Part shown: positions 38,109 through 44,601 of the stretch, piece by piece
Position numbering within the stretch: the stretch's first letter is position 1
Layout: the number at the start of each line of letters is the position of its first letter
Assembly (NCBI GenBank): GCA_020631215.1
Contig: JAHDHS010000008.1
Coordinates: 13,110-77,109 of the forward strand
Reading direction: 5' to 3'
DNA length: 64,000 nt
From: Hellea sp.
Lineage (GTDB): Bacteria > Pseudomonadota > Alphaproteobacteria > Caulobacterales > Maricaulaceae
Notes under the pieces: model-generated
Databases searched by the model: none
The model's input: only the letters and a program-made list of their open reading frames with translations
Told to the model about the DNA's origin: nothing
Translations under genes and position numbers: made by a program

Positions 38109-38127
38109 AAATGAACTGAAAATGAAC
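38109..38127 (+). promoter_or_regulatory. Direct repeat AAATGAAC-N3-AAATGAAC upstream of the acidic DUF11 gene
   Basis: Two identical 8-mers with 11-bp periodicity, about 125 bp upstream of the ATG at 38252. A third ATGAAC lies at 38050..38055. Confidence 0.35.
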
Positions 38128-38251
38128 GAATAAAAACTGCAAAGAAAGATTTTCTTAACTACGCTTCTTCGCCTCGATTTAACCATCGCCCTGTATGTAC
38201 GCCCTTCAACTTCGGGAACAAGTTGTAAAATAAAACTTAGGGAAAGTGGTT

Positions 38252-39388
38252 ATGACTAACACATCTAAACTTATGAAGGGCTTGCTTGCTGCAACAGCAT
38301 TGACAGCTTTTTCGGCGGTTTCTGCTCATGCGCAGATCACGCCAAATAACTATACGGCTGCGGGTACGACCGTATCCAACACATTTACGCTGGACTACAG
38401 TGTGGATGGCGTGCCGCAGGATCAGATCGATTCAAGCGATCCAACCGATCCTAATGGACCAACAGAATTCACAGTTGACCGTTTGGTCAATCTGACTGTG
38501 GCCTCTGATGGTGACAATACAGTTGCGCCTGGCGCGACAGACGAAGAATTGATCTTCTCAGTCTTGAACACCGGTAACGACACACAAGGCTATGCTCTGT
38601 CTGTTGTAGAGGAAACAACTGCGCCAGATACCTTTGATACAAATGATCCAGCCAGCGCGACAGCTGTCATCCAATACTATGTTGATGATGGTGATGGCGT
38701 TTATGAGCCGGGTGCTGATGACGGCGCAATCCAAACATATGATCCGGCTAACCCGCCACAAGTGGCGCCTGATGAAATGATCTGGGTTGTTGTCACTCAG
38801 GACATCGGTGCTGCTACGGATGGCGACCAAGCTGACGTAACACTGGTTGCTGATACTTTGGATGCCGGTACAACAAATCCGACGACCGCTGATGGCGACG
38901 GAAACAGCCTGGGCGGCGGCGCAGAAAACGTTCTGGCCGATGGTTCCGGTACAGCGAATGAAGCTGCCAATAATGGTGACCATTCAGCCACAGGTAGCTA
39001 TGTTGTTGCCTCTGCGGATATCGAAGCGCTGAAAACTGTTTCTGTTTTCTCTGAAGACGGATCAAACTGCGCCACAATTCCTGGCACACCTTCCGGTGGA
39101 TATGGCGTTCCAGGTGCCTGTGTTGAATATGTGATTTCTGTGACCAACTCAGGATCAGAAGCTGCGACAGCTGTTGACGCGGTTGACGTACTTCCGGGTG
39201 AGCTGGAATTCGTTGACGCCGTATTTGGCGGTGACTTCACAGGCGGTACATTGTCTGAACCTGCTGCAGGGACAGATTGCGTGTCAAGCGCTTGTACAGT
39301 CCAATACAGCGGCGGCACTCTGCCAGCCCCTGTCGCGCCTGCAACTGAGACAGTCGGTACGGTCACAATCCGTGCGATTGTAAAGTAA
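38252..39388 (+). CDS. Highly acidic secreted protein with a C-terminal DUF11-like domain (candidate major fibre or surface subunit)
   Basis: ATG at 38252 with GGGAAAG upstream. Signal peptide ending SAHA. Asp/Thr/Gly/Ala-rich and almost devoid of Lys. DDGDGVYEPGADDG and ADGDGNSLGGG acidic loops. C-terminal CVEYVISVTNSGSEAATAVDAVDVLPGELEFVD DUF11 pattern. Confidence 0.7.
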   Translation: MTNTSKLMKGLLAATALTAFSAVSAHAQITPNNYTAAGTTVSNTFTLDYSVDGVPQDQIDSSDPTDPNGPTEFTVDRLVNLTVASDGDNTVAPGATDEELIFSVLNTGNDTQGYALSVVEETTAPDTFDTNDPASATAVIQYYVDDGDGVYEPGADDGAIQTYDPANPPQVAPDEMIWVVVTQDIGAATDGDQADVTLVADTLDAGTTNPTTADGDGNSLGGGAENVLADGSGTANEAANNGDHSATGSYVVASADIEALKTVSVFSEDGSNCATIPGTPSGGYGVPGACVEYVISVTNSGSEAATAVDAVDVLPGELEFVDAVFGGDFTGGTLSEPAAGTDCVSSACTVQYSGGTLPAPVAPATETVGTVTIRAIVK

Positions 39389-39406
39389 GCAGGTTTAACC
39401 ATTGAC

Positions 39407-39434
39407 GATCTGCCGCGCTGCGGTGCGGCAGATC
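39407..39434 (+). terminator. Perfect 10-bp stem hairpin between the acidic subunit gene and the giant OMP gene (candidate attenuator)
   Basis: GATCTGCCGC-8 nt-GCGGCAGATC, starting 19 nt after the stop, followed by TCTTCA (weak U tract). Confidence 0.5.
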
Positions 39435-39488
39435 TCTTCACGAAGTCCAAAAATAATAGAAACTTCGGAAGTTAGGGTCTGGTATAAG

Positions 39489-42400
39489 ATGGTCACTCCA
39501 CGTGCTCATAATCTCGGTTTGTTGGCGCTTGCCGCTACGGCATGGGTTGCATCTGCACCCCTGGCGAATGCGCAAGTCAATAATTACGGGACAGAAGTCG
39601 TCAACGTCGCGCATGTCACCTATACTTTAGGGACAATCGAAGAGACTGTTGCGACGCCGGAGGCAGTCTTTGTCATCCGCCCAGCAGCTACGCCTGCAAT
39701 TATCGAATTTTTCCGTTACGCTCCAACGGCACCGTCTCCAATCATGCGGTCAATTAACGGGTCTGATTACAGCCCGTCCGGAGACTTAAACGGCACATAC
39801 ACACCTATTGGTTCGCCCGTCACAGCAGGGGGGCAGGTAATTGACCTGTCCGGACCAATTCCGCTTATTCCGGCAGAGACTTATCTGGCTGGCGAGTTGA
39901 TGTTCGTCCGGGTCATCGATGAGGGTCAGAACCTCAACAGCGATGAAATTGATACGGTCAACATTACAATTGAAGCGGATAATGGCGACATCATTACGAT
40001 GCGCCTGTATGAAAGCGGCCCTGATACGGGCGAGTTTTTTGCCTATCTGCCATCAACTGATGATGACACGGCGCAAAATGACCCGGTCATGACAGCCAGT
40101 GGCAATGCCAGCTTGACAGCGACATATGTTGATATTTTTGACTCAACGGATGTTACGGTCGATACAGCCATCCTGAACCCGCTGAACCGCGTCTTTAGCT
40201 CTGTGACCGGTGACCTGGTTGACGGCGCAGTTGTCACACTGATTAATTTGGACACGGGTGAAGAGGCCACGGTTCTGGGTGTAGACGGTTTTTCTGCCTT
40301 TCCGTCCAATGTTACTTCAGGCGAAGATGCTGTCGACAGTGCAGGTCTGGTATATGACAATCGGGATGGTGAGTTCCGGTTCCCAGTGGTGGAGCCTGGA
40401 AATTACTCAATCCGCGTAGAAGCGCCGGAAGGGTATACATTTGCATCGGCTATTGCTCCGGATCAAATGATGCAAGGCGCCGGCGGAGGCGGGAATTTTG
40501 TTCTGCTGCCAATTTCCTATGGTGATGCATTGGTTCTAACAGAGCAGGGAACATTGCGTTTTGATATTCCTCTCGACCCCGTCTCAGACATTATTGTTCA
40601 GAAGACAGCCAATCAAACTTTTGGTGATATTGGCGACTATATTGGCTACCAAGTCACGATTGAAAATCGCGGACAGGCAACTGTGCCTGCCATGTTACAT
40701 GACACATTGCCGCTGGGCTTTAGATATGTACCGGGCACATCCCGTATCGAACAAACAGTAATATCAGATCCGAATCAAAGTGATGATGGTTCGCTTCTAA
40801 CATTTGATATGGGCCTCTTGGGCGCAGGCGAGTCTATTACGCTGGACTATGCGCTTTTAATCGGTCCCGGTGCGGCTATGGGCGATGCGGTTAATGCGGC
40901 GGTTGTCCGTGATGGTGATGGTGATCAGGTTTCTAATATCGCGCGGGCCGGCATTAAATTGCGCGAGGATTTACTGCGCAGCACGTCCACAATTGTTGGC
41001 CGGATTTCAGAGCAGTCCTGTGATGGTGACGCCGATTGGGCCCGCCCGATTGAGCGCGGCATCGGTGTTGAGGGCGTGCGCCTTTATATGGAAACAGGTG
41101 CCTATGTCGTGTCAGACGAAGAGGGCCTTTTCCACTTTGAAGGTGTAAGCGAAGGTACGCACGTTGTTCAGGTCGATAAAGAAACTCTGCCGCAAGGTTT
41201 TGAATTGATGACCTGCGAGGAGAATACGCGTTATGCCGGGTCGAATGAAAGCAAATTCATTGACGTCCAAGGCGGTGGTATTTGGCGCGCGAATTTCTAT
41301 CTGAAACAGACTGGCGAACGCGAAGAAGAGGCGACGCAGGAAGTCTTTAATGATGCCAAAGAATATTTGGACTATGCTAAAGACTGGCTGGAAACCCAAA
41401 CAGCAAAAATTGAGTGGGCCTATCCTGAAACCAGCCGCACGCCTTCTACAAGTTCGACCAATATTGGTATCAAGCATGGCCCGGATCATAAGATCAAACT
41501 AAAGGTCAATGATCGGGATGTTCCAAGCTATCTCTATGCTGGGCGCGATGCCAATACTGACCGCTCTGTGATGATCAGCCGCTGGCGCGGCGTCAGCCTG
41601 GAAGATGGCCGTAATGTTGTGATCGCAACCGTAAAAGACGGCCAGGGCAATGTGGTTGAGACTATCCGCGAAGAAATCTGGTATGTGAAAACCATCGCCA
41701 AAGCCATTGCGATGCCGGATCAATCTACATTGATTGCCGATGGCCGCACGCCGCCTGTTGTTGCGATCCGTATGGAGGATCAGTCTGGCCGTCCAGTACA
41801 TGCCGGCCGGATCACAACCATCAATCTAGAGCCGCCATATCGTTTATATGATGAAACTGGCAAAGACCGCTTGATTGAAGAAACAGAAGAGCTGCTATCG
41901 CCGCTCTCAGCGCGTCAAGATCTCTCAATTGGTGCAGATGGTATTTTGCGCGTTAAGCTGGAGCCGACCTTACGGACAGGCAAGGTCACAGTGATCGCGA
42001 CACTGGATAATGGTCGTCAGGTTCCGATCTATATGTATCTGGAGCCCGAAAAGCGTGACTGGATTCTTGTTGGTCTAGCTGAGGGCACTGCTGCGCTTGA
42101 CAAAGTTAAAGGTAATAGCATCGCAATTGAAGAATCCGGCGGTGCGGAAGACATTATCACTGATGGCCGTGTGGCATTCTTTGCCAAAGGCATGGTCAAG
42201 GGTAATTGGTTGATGACATTGGGCGTCGATACGGATCGCCGCCGCGGAGGCCGTGATGGCGCCTTCCGCGATGAAATCGACCCGAACGCCTATTACACAT
42301 TATATGGTGATCGCTCTTATCAGGAATTTGAGGGCAGCTCCCGTTATCCGGTTTATGTCAAACTGGAGAAGCGTCAGGCCTATGCGATGTTTGGTGACTA

Positions 42401-44594
42401 TGACACCAACATCACCGAAGGCCGTTTGACAAGCTATAACCGGAAGCTCTCCGGCTTAAAGGCTGAATATTTGGGTGATAAATTCCAGGTATTGGGTTTT
42501 GCGGCTGAAACTAATCAGGGCTTTGCCAAGGATGAATTGGCGGCAGATGGTACCTCAGGGACATATCAGCTGAATAATGATCGGATCCTGCCGCAATCAG
42601 AGGAAATTGTTGTCGAGACACGCGATCGTTTCCGTCCGGATGTTGTGCTGGAGCGCAAGGTGATGGTTCGCTATCTGGACTACACGCTGGACTATCTGAC
42701 AGGCCAATTGATTTTCCGCCTGCCGGTTGATGCCACAGATGCAGACTTCAACCCGAATGTGATTGTTGTGGATTATGAAACCTCTGAAGGCGTAGAGCGC
42801 AACATTACAGCTGGTGGCCGGGTACAGGCACAACTTGCTAAGGGTAAAGTTCAAATTGGATCGAGCTTTGTCCATGAAAATGGCAGCGCGACCTCCGCAG
42901 GGGCCGAGCATAATCAGATCGGCATTGATGTTATTGCTGATGTAACGGATAATACGCAAATCCGCGCTGAATATGCTGTGACAGAAAATAAAACGGCGGC
43001 TGGCAAAAATACAGCCGATGCGAAATTGTTGGAGATTGTACATAACTCCGAAAAACTCACAGGTGAGGCTTATTACCGTGAGGAAGGTGAAGGCTTCGGT
43101 CTGGGACAGTCCGGGAGCAATACGGCGGCAGCCCGTCGTTATGGCGTGCGCGGTAATTACAAAATTGATGAATTCGAGGATGAAAAAACAGGCCGCCGTG
43201 GACAGCGCCGGATCGAGGCACAGGCTTTCCGCGAGGAAAATTTGACGACGGGTAATACCCGCAACACAGGCGAAGTCATGTTGACACATGAAGGTGCGCG
43301 GCTGACAGCCTCTGCCGGTCTACGGGCAAGCCGTGATGATATTGTCTCAGGCGAGGACCGCCAATCTACGACGGCAATCCTGAGAGGCGCCTACCGCCTA
43401 CCAAAACATGATGCGACGGTTCAGATCAGCCATGAGCAGCCAATTGGCGGCGATGATGATGTCTCCGCCTACCCAATGCGCACAACCGTTGGTATTGACA
43501 AAACAATTGGCAATCTCGGCACAGTTTCTATCCGTCATGAATTACAGGACGGGGAGAATGCCCGCTCGAATAACACGGTTGTCGGCGTTACAGCGGCGCC
43601 ATGGAAAGGTGCAAATCTGACGGCCAGTGGCGATATGGTCACGAATGACAGTGGACGCCGTTTGGGCGCAACTGTTGGTTTGGATCAAACTGTGCGCATT
43701 GACGAAAAATGGTCAGTAACGGGCGGTCTACGGAACCGGAAAGTCTTGAATTCTGATCAGGAATTCGTTGAGGTCTTGCCGGATGCTGCCATCTCCGCTT
43801 TTGAGAAGAATGAAGGTTTCACATCTGCTTATGCCGGTGTGGGTTACAGAAATGACGTTATGTCTGGGTCTGTTCGCGGGGAAGTTCGCGACAGCGCGGA
43901 AAGCACAGGCTATATCGGCTCTGCGTCCGTGGCGCGTGAGCTCTCTGAGACCCTGTCTTTTGCCGGTGCGGCCCGCGGGTTAATTAATGATCCTAAAGGC
44001 GGCGGCAATGCAAATAGCCAGCTGGATGTCCGTCTGGGCGGCGCCTGGCGTCCACGCGATGAAGACACAATCCTTTTTGATCGTCTGGATTTGAACCACA
44101 CACATGATGCTTTGGGTCAACGCACAACTAAAATTGTCAATAACGCAGCCTTTAATACTATGGTATCTGACCGTTGGCAGCTGACGGGTAATTGGGGCGT
44201 GAAAAATGTCCGGACAGAAATTGCCGGTCAGAAATTCAGCAACACAACGCATCTTCTGGGGGCTGAGACACGGTTTGACGTCACCGAGAAAATTGATATC
44301 GGTTTGCGCGGGTCTTACTTGACCAATAATGGCACCGACAGCGCGGCTTATAGCTGGGGACCGTCAATCGGTGTCAGCCCGGTCAAGAATGTCTGGGTCA
44401 GTGCGGGCTATAATGTCGAAGGCTATAAAGATGATGATTTCGAAGCGGCCGAATATTCCCGCAAGGGTCTATATCTGCAAATGCGCCTGAAGTTCGATCA
44501 GCATACGGCGCGTGGTTTGCTGCGCCGGATAAGCCCGTCAGCGAATGTCGCCGGCCCGGGTGTGGAAGCCCCGCGCAGCTTTAGCCAGCCATAA
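39489..44594 (+). CDS. Giant multidomain outer-membrane protein (Cna-B/SdrD-like, DUF11, Big_1-like modules plus an ~800-aa beta-rich C-terminal region)
   Basis: Start moved to the ATG at 39489 (MVTPRAHNLGLLALAATAWVASAPLANA signal peptide). Approximate module positions: SdrD-B/CarboxypepD_reg-like 40190..40450 (GEFRFPVVEPGNYSIRVEAPEGYTF), DUF11 40590..40870, second SdrD-B-like 40990..41210 (EEGLFHFEGVSEGTHVVQVDKETLPQGFE), Big_1-like 41710..42045. From about 42050 the sequence is G/Y/R/D/N/T-rich with alternating hydrophobic residues. It ends in a terminal-strand-like GLYLQMRLKF at 44495, then a roughly 30-residue tail. Confidence 0.75.
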   Translation: MVTPRAHNLGLLALAATAWVASAPLANAQVNNYGTEVVNVAHVTYTLGTIEETVATPEAVFVIRPAATPAIIEFFRYAPTAPSPIMRSINGSDYSPSGDLNGTYTPIGSPVTAGGQVIDLSGPIPLIPAETYLAGELMFVRVIDEGQNLNSDEIDTVNITIEADNGDIITMRLYESGPDTGEFFAYLPSTDDDTAQNDPVMTASGNASLTATYVDIFDSTDVTVDTAILNPLNRVFSSVTGDLVDGAVVTLINLDTGEEATVLGVDGFSAFPSNVTSGEDAVDSAGLVYDNRDGEFRFPVVEPGNYSIRVEAPEGYTFASAIAPDQMMQGAGGGGNFVLLPISYGDALVLTEQGTLRFDIPLDPVSDIIVQKTANQTFGDIGDYIGYQVTIENRGQATVPAMLHDTLPLGFRYVPGTSRIEQTVISDPNQSDDGSLLTFDMGLLGAGESITLDYALLIGPGAAMGDAVNAAVVRDGDGDQVSNIARAGIKLREDLLRSTSTIVGRISEQSCDGDADWARPIERGIGVEGVRLYMETGAYVVSDEEGLFHFEGVSEGTHVVQVDKETLPQGFELMTCEENTRYAGSNESKFIDVQGGGIWRANFYLKQTGEREEEATQEVFNDAKEYLDYAKDWLETQTAKIEWAYPETSRTPSTSSTNIGIKHGPDHKIKLKVNDRDVPSYLYAGRDANTDRSVMISRWRGVSLEDGRNVVIATVKDGQGNVVETIREEIWYVKTIAKAIAMPDQSTLIADGRTPPVVAIRMEDQSGRPVHAGRITTINLEPPYRLYDETGKDRLIEETEELLSPLSARQDLSIGADGILRVKLEPTLRTGKVTVIATLDNGRQVPIYMYLEPEKRDWILVGLAEGTAALDKVKGNSIAIEESGGAEDIITDGRVAFFAKGMVKGNWLMTLGVDTDRRRGGRDGAFRDEIDPNAYYTLYGDRSYQEFEGSSRYPVYVKLEKRQAYAMFGDYDTNITEGRLTSYNRKLSGLKAEYLGDKFQVLGFAAETNQGFAKDELAADGTSGTYQLNNDRILPQSEEIVVETRDRFRPDVVLERKVMVRYLDYTLDYLTGQLIFRLPVDATDADFNPNVIVVDYETSEGVERNITAGGRVQAQLAKGKVQIGSSFVHENGSATSAGAEHNQIGIDVIADVTDNTQIRAEYAVTENKTAAGKNTADAKLLEIVHNSEKLTGEAYYREEGEGFGLGQSGSNTAAARRYGVRGNYKIDEFEDEKTGRRGQRRIEAQAFREENLTTGNTRNTGEVMLTHEGARLTASAGLRASRDDIVSGEDRQSTTAILRGAYRLPKHDATVQISHEQPIGGDDDVSAYPMRTTVGIDKTIGNLGTVSIRHELQDGENARSNNTVVGVTAAPWKGANLTASGDMVTNDSGRRLGATVGLDQTVRIDEKWSVTGGLRNRKVLNSDQEFVEVLPDAAISAFEKNEGFTSAYAGVGYRNDVMSGSVRGEVRDSAESTGYIGSASVARELSETLSFAGAARGLINDPKGGGNANSQLDVRLGGAWRPRDEDTILFDRLDLNHTHDALGQRTTKIVNNAAFNTMVSDRWQLTGNWGVKNVRTEIAGQKFSNTTHLLGAETRFDVTEKIDIGLRGSYLTNNGTDSAAYSWGPSIGVSPVKNVWVSAGYNVEGYKDDDFEAAEYSRKGLYLQMRLKFDQHTARGLLRRISPSANVAGPGVEAPRSFSQP

Positions 44595-44601
44595 TCTGTA
44601 A

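Noticed and set aside
37187-38251. Possible hidden flp pilin or prepilin peptidase gene upstream of cpaB
   Set aside because: Reading both strands of the spacers gives no ORF with the Flp motif (G/xxxxEY, ...ATAIEYGLIA...). The only frame there (37393..37599, minus) is antisense to the small DUF11 gene and is not Flp-like. I cannot exclude a pilin gene elsewhere in the genome.
38252-39388. Acidic protein B as an RTX-type T1SS substrate (GGGAENVLADGSG)
   Set aside because: There is only one loosely similar stretch, and it does not fit the GGxGxDxUx nonapeptide (Ala and Asn at the conserved Gly and Asp positions). The protein has an N-terminal Sec signal peptide, and no T1SS ABC/MFP genes are nearby.
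39489-44594. Giant OMP as a classical or inverse autotransporter
   Set aside because: A classical autotransporter barrel is about 250-300 aa, whereas the C-terminal beta region here is about 800 aa. Inverse autotransporters (intimin/invasin) have the barrel at the N-terminus and Big domains at the C-terminus, the opposite order. A distant relationship cannot be excluded without profile searches.
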